IMG/VR virus record: IMGVR_UViG_3300045988_117048
Span: 1 to 48,231 of that record
Source of the DNA: a virus
Strand: one strand, 5' to 3'
Length of the DNA stretch: 48,231 nucleotides
The notes beneath the pieces are model-generated. The model was not told the origin of the DNA and did no database searches. It saw nothing but the letters and a program-made list of their open reading frames with translations. The position numbers were made by a program, and so were the translations under genes. This document shows positions 41,304 to 48,231 of this stretch, piece by piece; the first letter of the stretch is position 1, and each line of letters starts with the position of its first letter.

Positions 41304-41541
41304 CACAATTTTCACTATTTTTTATCAAAAACAAAGGGTCATTTAAGAACTCCCAAATAGCGTCCAAATCCATCACACTTATGTTGCAATGACTATAAAC
41401 GTACCATTTATACATTGTTTTATATTTTAAACCCTTATAAAGCTTTTTTATAGCCCATTTATCTTGCCAAAAGTCTTTTCTAGTGTAAAAACGCATTCCA
41501 TCTCGTATAAATCTGCATTCCATGTACTCTTCTTTTGTCAT
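41281..41541 (-). CDS. Hypothetical protein (86 aa)
   Basis: ORF track; ATGA overlap with the upstream HNH gene. Confidence 0.6.
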   Translation of the reverse strand: MTKEEYMECRFIRDGMRFYTRKDFWQDKWAIKKLYKGLKYKTMYKWYVYSHCNISVMDLDAIWEFLNDPLFLIKNSENCVDNKKDL

Positions 41542-41939
41542 AATTTTATCCTTTCTTTAACATATTCTCTTCTAATCAACAAATGTCCTTTTTTAGTATA
41601 ATCGTGGTCGTGTTCTCTTTCAAAATATAATAGCAAATCTCTAATTTTCTTTAAATTCTCTATATCTACTCTTCTTTTAATGTTTTCATCAATTAATTCG
41701 CTTGTTATCAAATAAAATATTTCAGGGTCAACCAAATTTATGCGGTGCAAGTAATCGTGACTGGTGTTCTGCCTAAGTACTGCTCCGTTTTCAAATGTCA
41801 TAGGTCCACCATCTTTATTTGCTATAATCATGTGATGATATGAAAGTTGTTTTGTATTGTTAAATGTGTACCCCATCTGGTCGTAGCCTAACTTATTCAA
41901 TTTGAAAGTCTTTATCATTTCTCTAGTGATTTCTTTCAT
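41538..41939 (-). CDS. HNH endonuclease-like protein (133 aa)
   Basis: LSYHHMII..KDGGPMTFENGAVL...SHDYLHRI (H-N-H pattern). Confidence 0.6.
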   Translation of the reverse strand: MKEITREMIKTFKLNKLGYDQMGYTFNNTKQLSYHHMIIANKDGGPMTFENGAVLRQNTSHDYLHRINLVDPEIFYLITSELIDENIKRRVDIENLKKIRDLLLYFEREHDHDYTKKGHLLIRREYVKERIKL

Positions 41940-42207
41940 ATTCAGACACCATATCTTTCAACTTTTCTTTTCTTTTGTTAGAAGAATATTCTCTGCCTTT
42001 TGCACAATAAGGACACGAACCATGATTTCTACACGTTGGGTCTATTCTTTTAACGCCATAATATGGTTTTCTCTTCTCTTTACCATGCTCTATCGCTTTT
42101 TCAAAACTCATTATCTTTTCCTCCTGCTTAGCCCAATTTAAAAGACACAAAAAACTTGTGCCTAAAAGAGTTAAAATTATAAATAGTATACTTATTATTG
42201 TTTCCAT
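41923..42207 (-). CDS. Small protein with N-terminal TM helix and Cys cluster (94 aa)
   Basis: IISILFIILTLLGTSFLCLL; CRNHGSCPYC. Confidence 0.55.
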   Translation of the reverse strand: METIISILFIILTLLGTSFLCLLNWAKQEEKIMSFEKAIEHGKEKRKPYYGVKRIDPTCRNHGSCPYCAKGREYSSNKRKEKLKDMVSEYERNH

Positions 42208-42256
42208 ACTATCACCTAAGTATAGTATATCACATTTTTAAACAAAATAAAAGAGG

Positions 42257-42568
42257 TTATTTTACGCCCATTCTTTCTTTAAAAGTATCGTAATATTTCC
42301 AAAGAAAATGTTGTATATCTTCAACAATGGGTTTTGCCTCCTCTATAATTGTGTGGTCATCAGTCCAAAATGTTATTTCTTCATCACCAATGTCAAATAC
42401 ATTCTCGTGGTCACCATTTTCATCTTCTTTGCTCCACACATACACTCCATAAGCCTTTACCTTGTCAATATCATAATATGGTCGCAATTTATAGGCTTTT
42501 TCTCTTAAAGTTTCAAAATACCAGTCGTGAAATTCTTCATCATTCATTTTAATCTTCTCTTTTTTCAT
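42257..42568 (-). CDS. Hypothetical acidic protein (103 aa); start refined
   Basis: GAGGGTG 6 nt before ATG 42568. Confidence 0.6.
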   Translation of the reverse strand: MKKEKIKMNDEEFHDWYFETLREKAYKLRPYYDIDKVKAYGVYVWSKEDENGDHENVFDIGDEEITFWTDDHTIIEEAKPIVEDIQHFLWKYYDTFKERMGVK

Positions 42569-42791
42569 CGTTATCACCCTCTAATATTTTTAGCATTTCT
42601 TGTTGGAACTCAGGGTCTAATACTTCTCCCCAACAATGTAGTTTTTCTATGGCTTTGGTTATTCTTTTTGATAAATCTATAATAATTTCTTGATTATGCC
42701 TATTTTCTTTCTCATACCATTGTATTATTTTTGCTTGTTTGTTTACTTCTTCTTCTAATCTTTTTATTGTATTTTCTAATTCTATATTCAT
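42549..42791 (-). CDS. Hypothetical coiled-coil protein (80 aa)
   Basis: ORF track. Confidence 0.6.
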   Translation of the reverse strand: MNIELENTIKRLEEEVNKQAKIIQWYEKENRHNQEIIIDLSKRITKAIEKLHCWGEVLDPEFQQEMLKILEGDNDEKRED

Positions 42792-42793
42792 AC

Positions 42794-42991
42794 TTATTCT
42801 CCTTTACTTTCTAAATACTTATTAAAAACATAACCAGGCATTTTCATATCGTCCATACTACTTGACAAAATATGTTGTCTATATTCTTCCCAAGCCTTTC
42901 CAAACCATTCTTCTTTTCCAAATTGCTTTATGAAATCTTCTAATATTTCACAAACACAACCTGGTAAATCATTATAAAAATCTTTATTCAT
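42794..42991 (-). CDS. Hypothetical protein (65 aa)
   Basis: ORF track. Confidence 0.55.
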   Translation of the reverse strand: MNKDFYNDLPGCVCEILEDFIKQFGKEEWFGKAWEEYRQHILSSSMDDMKMPGYVFNKYLESKGE

Positions 42992-42993
42992 GC

Positions 42994-43281
42994 TTATTCT
43001 CCTATATTTTCGTGTAAAATGTTTAAATCATTCCCATCACCATCTTTGTAAACAGGTTTCTTATCATCACTATTTAATGCTCTATCTACAAATATTGTTA
43101 CTTCATCTATAAGCCCTTTTAAGCCCTCTACTGTGTTAAAACCATCATAATCAAATATTAACCCATATATCAGCTCTAAATAAGCGTCTTTTATCTCTAT
43201 TTCCCTTTGTAAAACCATAGGAAGTTCTGCATATTCTCCATCTGGACATTTTATATATAATTCACTTGATTTCTTTACCAT
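42994..43281 (-). CDS. Hypothetical protein (95 aa)
   Basis: ORF track. Confidence 0.6.
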   Translation of the reverse strand: MVKKSSELYIKCPDGEYAELPMVLQREIEIKDAYLELIYGLIFDYDGFNTVEGLKGLIDEVTIFVDRALNSDDKKPVYKDGDGNDLNILHENIGE

Positions 43282-43493
43282 TCTTTTACTCCTAAATATC
43301 TAATTTTACCATTATTGTCTTTAAACACGTTCCCTTTGTCTATTGCATAATCATGTTTACTATCAACTATATCTAAACAATTATTTATAACTAAATTTAC
43401 TATTTTTGTTTTTTCTTCATATACAATAATATTATATCCAAATATAATTTTTATTGCTAATTTTAATCTTTGTTTAAATTCGTGTAATTTCAT
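43275..43493 (-). CDS. Hypothetical protein (72 aa)
   Basis: ORF track. Confidence 0.55.
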   Translation of the reverse strand: MKLHEFKQRLKLAIKIIFGYNIIVYEEKTKIVNLVINNCLDIVDSKHDYAIDKGNVFKDNNGKIRYLGVKEW

Positions 43494-43798
43494 TACTTAT
43501 CATCTCCTATTCTTTCTAATTGTCTCTCTATCTTTTGTTCTTTTATCTTTTGTATATTGTTTTCGTCTAGGTGATAATATTCCTTAAATTGTTCTAACAT
43601 CATTGTTAAATCTGCATATTCTTCTTCAATGTGTTCTTTGCTACCAATTAATTCAGTTAATGGGATTTCATATTCTATTGTTTCTTTTAAATCATAATTT
43701 ATTACTGCTTCTATAAATTCAAACATTTCCGTTTGCATATACTTTAATTGTGGTATTACACCATAATATTCTATTATTTGCTTTTCTTTCTCTTTCAT
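43493..43798 (-). CDS. Possible MazG-like nucleotide pyrophosphohydrolase (101 aa)
   Basis: EMFEFIEAV ... EEEYADLTMML resembles the MazG ExxE...E..aD pattern; weak. Confidence 0.4.
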   Translation of the reverse strand: MKEKEKQIIEYYGVIPQLKYMQTEMFEFIEAVINYDLKETIEYEIPLTELIGSKEHIEEEYADLTMMLEQFKEYYHLDENNIQKIKEQKIERQLERIGDDK

Positions 43799-44271
43799 TC
43801 TAACACCTCATTTAATATATCTAATAATTTAGTTAAACTTGACTTGTTATAAAACTCCAAATATTCATATTCTGGTGGTTCTAATCTACTATGTTCCTCT
43901 ATATATTCTATTGCTTTATCAATTCCTTTTTTTAGCCGATAATTTTCATCTAATAGGCTGATGTCATTTATATTATGTTCTTCTCTTAATTTACAATTCT
44001 CAGCGTAAATTCTATCATAATTTTCTTGCAATTTACGATGTTCTTCTTCATCAAAGCAATGTGTAGTCCCTTTTAATTGTGATTTTAATTCTTGATTTTC
44101 TTCTAAAATAGGACTTACAATTTCATTAACTGTTGCATACATAAGTTTTCCATTGTTTGAATTAATATCAAATACCTTTGTATCTTCTCTTGTTTCGTAA
44201 GTATATTCACTAGCCAATTTTTCATATGTATCGTGAAATTTTTTTGTTATTTCTAATATTTCTTTATTCAT
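43795..44271 (-). CDS. Hypothetical protein (158 aa); start refined
   Basis: AGGAAG 8 nt before ATG 44271. Confidence 0.6.
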   Translation of the reverse strand: MNKEILEITKKFHDTYEKLASEYTYETREDTKVFDINSNNGKLMYATVNEIVSPILEENQELKSQLKGTTHCFDEEEHRKLQENYDRIYAENCKLREEHNINDISLLDENYRLKKGIDKAIEYIEEHSRLEPPEYEYLEFYNKSSLTKLLDILNEVLE

Positions 44272-44668
44272 TACTATCACTTCCTTGTTCTAGTTCTTGT
44301 ATTTTATTTTTCATATCGGTAAAACATAATCTCCCTCCAATATAATCTTTTTCATTCGTATAATAATCATAGTATTTGTTAACCCATTCTTTTAACTTGT
44401 TCCAATTATTCTTTAAACTTCTTGCATATGATTTAACATCATCAAATAATGTGTCTTCATCTAGTCCTAGTGTTTGTGTTATATCTTCCATTTCTAGTCT
44501 AAATGTTTCTTCATTTGTTTGAGCTACTAATAATTGTTCTTTTAGTTGTTTGTTTTCTTGTTGTAATTGTTCTATGCAACATAAATGATATTTTTTATTA
44601 TTTATAGTTATAAATTGTCCTATGTTTTCATTATTACATATACAACATTTCATTACTGATTTATTCAT
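44264..44668 (-). CDS. Hypothetical protein with N-terminal Cys4 zinc-ribbon-like motif (134 aa)
   Basis: CCIC...N15...HLCC; AGAGGTG RBS. Confidence 0.6.
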   Translation of the reverse strand: MNKSVMKCCICNNENIGQFITINNKKYHLCCIEQLQQENKQLKEQLLVAQTNEETFRLEMEDITQTLGLDEDTLFDDVKSYARSLKNNWNKLKEWVNKYYDYYTNEKDYIGGRLCFTDMKNKIQELEQGSDSNE

Positions 44669-44736
44669 TCTGACACCTCTATAAATTTAAACGTTACTTT
44701 ATATTCATTCATTTTATTCTATCTCAAACTCCTTTC

Positions 44737-44991
44737 TTAAATTCCATTTATTATATAAGGTCTTATGAACGCATTAAACATTTTTTTAACTTCATCATCA
44801 AACACTAGCCTTTCCCCATCTCTTTTAATAAAATATGTTTTTCTTTTGCTTTTATTTCCTGCTGGTGTTATATGTTTTTCAATGCTATACATTATTTGGT
44901 ATATAATGCCATCTTTTAACTTCACTTTCCAATAAAAGTAGCCATCTTGAATGCCTAATGTAAAAGTATCTATATCACTTATTCGTAGCAT
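44737..44991 (-). CDS. Hypothetical protein (84 aa)
   Basis: ORF track. Confidence 0.6.
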   Translation of the reverse strand: MLRISDIDTFTLGIQDGYFYWKVKLKDGIIYQIMYSIEKHITPAGNKSKRKTYFIKRDGERLVFDDEVKKMFNAFIRPYIINGI

Positions 44992-44993
44992 TC

Positions 44994-45221
44994 TTATTCC
45001 CCTTTCAAAATCTTCAAATAATCTTGTAAAAAATAAATTAGTAACTTTCTATAATCCAACTTCTCATTTGTATAAAATTCTGGGTTCCAAGTGGCTTCAT
45101 CATTTAATAAAATATGTTCATATAATTCATGCTCTATATCTCTAACTACTTTATTTATTCTTTCTTCATATATTGCTATTTGTCTTTCTAAATACATTAC
45201 TTTATCTTTTTCCTTTACCAT
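44994..45221 (-). CDS. Hypothetical protein (75 aa)
   Basis: ORF track. Confidence 0.55.
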   Translation of the reverse strand: MVKEKDKVMYLERQIAIYEERINKVVRDIEHELYEHILLNDEATWNPEFYTNEKLDYRKLLIYFLQDYLKILKGE

Positions 45222-45223
45222 AA

Positions 45224-45730
45224 TTACTCACCATACTCCTCTCTTATATCGCACTCTTCTCGATTTTCTAATTCCTTTATCTCCTCTTTTTGATGGTCTA
45301 TTATATTTAGCAAATCTTCTATTATTAGGTTCTTTTCTTTAGCAAAATCATACTCTGTCAATGTAACATTTGCCACTCTTTCCTTTAATTTGCTCTTTTT
45401 GTTAAATGTTATGCCCATCTCTCTTATGATATAGTCCGTAATAACGTCCAAATTATCCTCTAATTGGTCATACACATCTATTTTCTCATATTTGCTTAAA
45501 TCTTTCTCATGTAAGTCCCCTACAGATACCTCATATTCTCTCTTACACCAATACCTATACATGAACTCGCCCTCTAAGCATTCCTTAAATTGTAGCCTAT
45601 CCTTGATTTTGCCCTTTTTAACCATGTCTTGTAGCCTTTTTAATATATCTTCTTGTATTACATTGGTGTTTCTTATCTCCCTTGCATTTAAATCATAATA
45701 CATTGCATAATATTTAATCTCTCTACTCAT
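45224..45730 (-). CDS. Hypothetical protein (168 aa)
   Basis: ORF track. Confidence 0.65.
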   Translation of the reverse strand: MSREIKYYAMYYDLNAREIRNTNVIQEDILKRLQDMVKKGKIKDRLQFKECLEGEFMYRYWCKREYEVSVGDLHEKDLSKYEKIDVYDQLEDNLDVITDYIIREMGITFNKKSKLKERVANVTLTEYDFAKEKNLIIEDLLNIIDHQKEEIKELENREECDIREEYGE

Positions 45731-46175
45731 TTTTCTTCCTCTCTTTCTCTAACTTATTATAAAACTTCTCTAATGCTCTAAATTCTTTAATTGTAGTCCC
45801 AAATACTTCAAAATACATCATGTTATAGCATATATCTAGTCTAAAAAACCTCCCATCATACAAGTTATCCATTGGGTCTCCTGTTGTATTCTTTGTGTCA
45901 AATAATCCTCCATTTGCTTGGCTATAAAACTCCTTTATTAGGTTCTTTACTATTTGAAACTCTTCTTCCCTCGTTGTAACATTATTCTCTAGCTCATCTA
46001 TGGCTTTCTCTAACACGTTTTTTAACCCCTTTAACTGCACTAAAACTGCTTTGGGATTATTTTCCATTTCCTTTAACAAATATACCCTCTCTGGTATATT
46101 AAGGCTCTCATCTTGCATTATATCTGCTTTGATTACTCTCTTCGCTATCTCTATATTGCTCATTGCTATTCTCAT
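45723..46175 (-). CDS. Hypothetical protein (150 aa)
   Basis: AAGGAGGAAATAAT before ATG 46175. Confidence 0.65.
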   Translation of the reverse strand: MRIAMSNIEIAKRVIKADIMQDESLNIPERVYLLKEMENNPKAVLVQLKGLKNVLEKAIDELENNVTTREEEFQIVKNLIKEFYSQANGGLFDTKNTTGDPMDNLYDGRFFRLDICYNMMYFEVFGTTIKEFRALEKFYNKLEKERKKNE

Positions 46176-46176
46176 A

Positions 46177-46389
46177 TTATTTCCTCCTTAATTCTTCCTT
46201 TAATTTCTTGATTTCGTCTCTCAATTGTACATTTTCAAACTCTTGCCACACTTTATCCCTTTCTGCCAGTTTTATCTTCTGTTCGTACTTCTCTTCTATT
46301 TCCCATATAAGATTTTCCAGAAAATAAAATATTAAACCCCAATTGCATGCACAAAACACTATTAACGATATTATAAACATTATTCTCAT
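46177..46389 (-). CDS. Small membrane-anchored coiled-coil protein (70 aa)
   Basis: MFIISLIVFCACNWGLIFYF TM then charged helix; GGGAGG RBS; own promoter. Confidence 0.6.
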   Translation of the reverse strand: MRIMFIISLIVFCACNWGLIFYFLENLIWEIEEKYEQKIKLAERDKVWQEFENVQLRDEIKKLKEELRRK

Positions 46390-46419
46390 ATCATTATACC
46401 TCCCTTTAATTATGTCTCT

Positions 46420-46448
46420 ATTTTACCATCTATTATCTAAAATGTCAA
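46420..46448 (-). promoter_or_regulatory. Sigma-A-type promoter TTGACA-17-TAAAAT
   Basis: Minus sense gtaTTGACAttttagataatagatggTAAAAT. Confidence 0.75.
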
Positions 46449-46459
46449 TACATTTATAT

Positions 46460-46489
46460 AAAAAAAGAAAGGAGACCATTTAGTCTCTT
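46460..46489 (-). terminator. Intrinsic terminator of the second ORF-free unit
   Basis: Minus sense GAGAC-UAAAUG-GUCUC followed by CUUUCUUUUUUU. Confidence 0.65.
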
Positions 46490-46708
46490 AAAATGTGAAC
46501 AACGAATTAAAAAGATAACATCTAATTAACTCCGAGTAGTCATCCTCGCATTTCGTGCCTTATAAGCACCACAGGATAGACAAGTATCTTTACACGTACC
46601 GTTTCTTATGTGTCGTATCTTTACACGTTTCTTATCTACCCTATGCTGCCTATAGCAGCTTATAAAAAGTGATAAATTAGATTTAAATTTATAACCTCTC
46701 GGTTACAT
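46460..46708 (-). ncRNA. Candidate ~245-nt structured small RNA
   Basis: Perfect promoter 46714-46742; 5' hairpin UAACC-GAGA-GGUUA; 11-bp helix 46631-46641/46574-46584 with two G-U; 8-bp closing helix 46675-46682/46520-46527; terminator; no ORF. Confidence 0.6.
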
Positions 46709-46713
46709 ACTCT

Positions 46714-46742
46714 ATTATATTACTTCTTTCTTGCTTTGTCAA
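46714..46742 (-). promoter_or_regulatory. Perfect consensus sigma-A promoter TTGACA-17-TATAAT
   Basis: Minus sense gtaTTGACAaagcaagaaagaagtaaTATAAT. Confidence 0.85.
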
Positions 46743-46747
46743 TACTA

Positions 46748-46963
46748 CTATTCAATATAATCGTCATATATCATCATCATATCTTCATAAATTATTATGC
46801 TGTATTCCTTTTTTACTAGCTCCATTAATTCTTCTAATGTGTTTATCTTTATGTACCAATTATAACTTCCATCTTTATCATATTTTTTGTATGCTTTCTC
46901 TGTTGGTGGTGTGACAGCACTTTCACCATACCCATCACTCGCTCTATATATTTCAATTTCCAT
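46748..46963 (-). CDS. Hypothetical protein (71 aa); start refined
   Basis: GGAGGG 7 nt before ATG 46963 (MEIEIYRASDG...). Confidence 0.6.
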   Translation of the reverse strand: MEIEIYRASDGYGESAVTPPTEKAYKKYDKDGSYNWYIKINTLEELMELVKKEYSIIIYEDMMMIYDDYIE

Positions 46964-46986
46964 GCCTATTCCCTCCATCTATTCAT

Positions 46987-47015
46987 ATTTTATCTTTTAT
47001 TCCTCGTTTTGTCAA
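46987..47015 (-). promoter_or_regulatory. Sigma-A-type promoter TTGACA-17-TAAAAT
   Basis: Minus sense gtaTTGACAaaacgaggaataaaagaTAAAAT. Confidence 0.75.
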
Positions 47016-47036
47016 TACGTCGTTTCTCGAGTTTAG

Positions 47037-47966
47037 TTATACCTCGTCTACAAAATTCTTTATATCATCTAATATTACTTCGTTTTGCTTATCTGTATAT
47101 TCAATTCCCACTCTCTCTACATGATACCATTGATTATCTAATTTATTTTTGGTTCTTGATGTTTTCGTTTTTGCTTGTTTACATATGCTATCGTACATTT
47201 GCTTAACACTTCTCCCCATAAATTCTGCTAGTTCTTCATAACCATCTAATTGTTTAATATATCCCCCATCTAAATCATAAATATTAAATAAAATTTTAGT
47301 TTTAACCTTTGGAATTAATCTATGATATTTAGGTAATTTTAATATTTCATCTAATGTAAGCCCATGTTTTAACATTCTTTGCCTTACTTGTTCAGTATTC
47401 TTTCCTGCTTTTTCTATCCTTTCTACATCTTCTAATGTAAATCTAGTCGTTCTCTTATTCCTATTTTGAATTTCATTGGTTACCCATCTACAGTTATCAG
47501 GTGAATATCCCTTGCCATTGTCAATTCTATCTATTGATAATAAATTCCTACCTTTTTCATCTAATTCTTCTTTATACCCATTTTCTATTGCCCAATTATA
47601 GAAGTTCATGAAATCATCTAACCACTCTTGGCATATTGTTATTCCTCTATTTCCGTAATTTACATAATTTGTGCTTTTTTTATTATAACACCTCTCTTTC
47701 ATTCCTAACCACACATTAAATATCTTAGTCCCAGATAGTCCATGTTTCTCTCTACCCTCTAAATTCTTTATTCTGCTTTCTTTTAATACACACCCACACG
47801 ACATAGTCTTGCCTATGGTTAAATTGGTGTATTGGGTCTCTTTCGTTCCTCCACAGTCACATTTACATATTGCTATCACTTTCTTCCCTTTCTCTTTCTT
47901 ATAACCTACTATTGTTAGTTTTCCATATCTTTCACCTATTATTTCTTCATAATTTTTTCTCTTCAT
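47037..47966 (-). CDS. DNA-binding protein with N-terminal Cys cluster and degenerate HNH_3/AP2-like domain (309 aa)
   Basis: GERYGKLTIVG...CKCDCGG...SCGC; YVNYGNRGITICQEW; LSIDRIDNGKGYSPDNCRWVTNEIQNRN. Confidence 0.6.
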   Translation of the reverse strand: MKRKNYEEIIGERYGKLTIVGYKKEKGKKVIAICKCDCGGTKETQYTNLTIGKTMSCGCVLKESRIKNLEGREKHGLSGTKIFNVWLGMKERCYNKKSTNYVNYGNRGITICQEWLDDFMNFYNWAIENGYKEELDEKGRNLLSIDRIDNGKGYSPDNCRWVTNEIQNRNKRTTRFTLEDVERIEKAGKNTEQVRQRMLKHGLTLDEILKLPKYHRLIPKVKTKILFNIYDLDGGYIKQLDGYEELAEFMGRSVKQMYDSICKQAKTKTSRTKNKLDNQWYHVERVGIEYTDKQNEVILDDIKNFVDEV

Positions 47967-47986
47967 ATTCCTCTCCTTTCACTTCT

Positions 47987-48015
47987 ATTATATCATATTA
48001 GGTTACCCCCTACAA
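47987..48015 (-). promoter_or_regulatory. Promoter TTGTAG-17-TGaTATAAT for the first early gene
   Basis: Minus sense TTGTAGggggtaacctaataTGaTATAAT, 20 nt upstream of the AAAGGAGAGG RBS. Confidence 0.6.
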
Positions 48016-48132
48016 TAGTTTAATATTCTAAAGTATGATTTCTTGTTAGAGTTATTTGAATGGGTAACAAACAAGTTTTTGATATTCCTAAAGTGGGTAT
48101 CGGTGGGTGTCAACTTCCATTATTGATATAAT

Positions 48133-48231
48133 ATTAAACCTTAAAAGTGTCAAGTTTTTGTCAATTATTTGTACTTAATAAAATACAAGTAATCTCTAAT
48201 CTAACAAGTGTAACAAATACACAAAAAAAAG
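48133..48231. repeat. Terminal direct repeat, copy 2 (identical to 1-99)
   Basis: Read directly. Confidence 0.95.

Noticed and set aside
40675-41360. Plus-strand ORFs 40675-40959 (94 aa) and 41145-41360 (71 aa) inside or next to the 1-kb non-coding unit
   Set aside because: They have no RBS, their translations are Leu/Ser/Cys/His-rich low complexity, and their orientation opposes the promoter and terminator. The helices with G-U pairs support an RNA on the other strand.
44669-44736. 15-codon micro-ORF (MNEYKVTFKFIEVSE) between 44737-44991 and 44264-44668
   Set aside because: The nearest RBS-like AAAGGAG is 16 nt from its ATG, which is too far. The downstream gene has its own AGAGGTG RBS. 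The stretch is probably just a spacer.
46584-46635. Tandem repeats in the 245-nt RNA as a type III (ToxI-like) antitoxin array, with 46177-46389 as the toxin. A type I toxin-antitoxin pair was also considered.
   Set aside because: There are only two imperfect units of unequal length (26 and 21 nt). The downstream gene is a 70-aa membrane/coiled-coil protein with its own promoter, not a ToxN-like RNase. The RNA is not antisense to it.
48133-48231. The 99-bp identical ends as a biological direct terminal repeat or as LTR-like ends of a mobile element
   Set aside because: An exact overlap of this kind is what assemblers leave on circular or circularly permuted contigs. Nothing in the repeat (part of an AT-rich promoter region with TTGACA boxes) indicates a cos or DTR boundary. 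Only read-terminus analysis could show otherwise.
1-48231. CRISPR array, diversity-generating retroelement, retron, transposase or IS element
   Set aside because: I saw no regularly spaced repeat-spacer array, no reverse transcriptase or transposase-like ORF, and no template/variable repeat pair near the fibre genes while reading.

Overview
The window is a complete, circularly assembled, AT-rich tailed-phage genome: bases 1-99 are identical to 48133-48231, leaving 48,132 unique bp. The morphogenesis gene order is siphovirus-like. Expression signals look like those of low-GC Firmicutes/Clostridia (GGAGG-type RBSs, TTGACA-N17-TATAAT promoters, hairpin plus U-run terminators).

Almost everything is on the minus strand:
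- small early genes: 47966->41281
- terS/terL-portal-scaffold-capsid-connectors-tail-TMP-baseplate/fibre: 39759->21456
- accessory island with tRNA-Cys: 21398->17743
- lysis genes (HExxH protein, holin, M23 endolysin): 17697->16214
- regulators, replication and recombination (RHH, XRE, HNH, replisome organizer, DnaB-like helicase, DUF1351-like, RecT, MTase-like, MBL hydrolase, SSB-like): 16128->6781
- tyrosine recombinase plus RHH: 6705->5601

The only plus-strand units are an 11-ORF cassette of tiny proteins (1737-4777) and rusA (39851-40243).

Most interesting observations:
1. Three promoter-to-terminator units contain no ORF. They are a ~0.97-kb highly helical RNA candidate (40290-41268), a ~245-nt one (46460-46708) and a ~180-nt one (5380-5563). 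G-U pairs and GNRA loops make sense only in the minus sense.
2. An MBL-fold hydrolase gene has its HxHxDH motif split by CUU-UAA-CUU. This is either a ribosome hop or a pseudogene.
3. A transcription unit next to tRNA-Cys has about 65 coding-looking codons and no start codon.
4. GTCTGGA(A/G)AT iteron arrays bracket the plus-strand cassette.

All product calls rest on motifs recognised by eye. No database search was possible.
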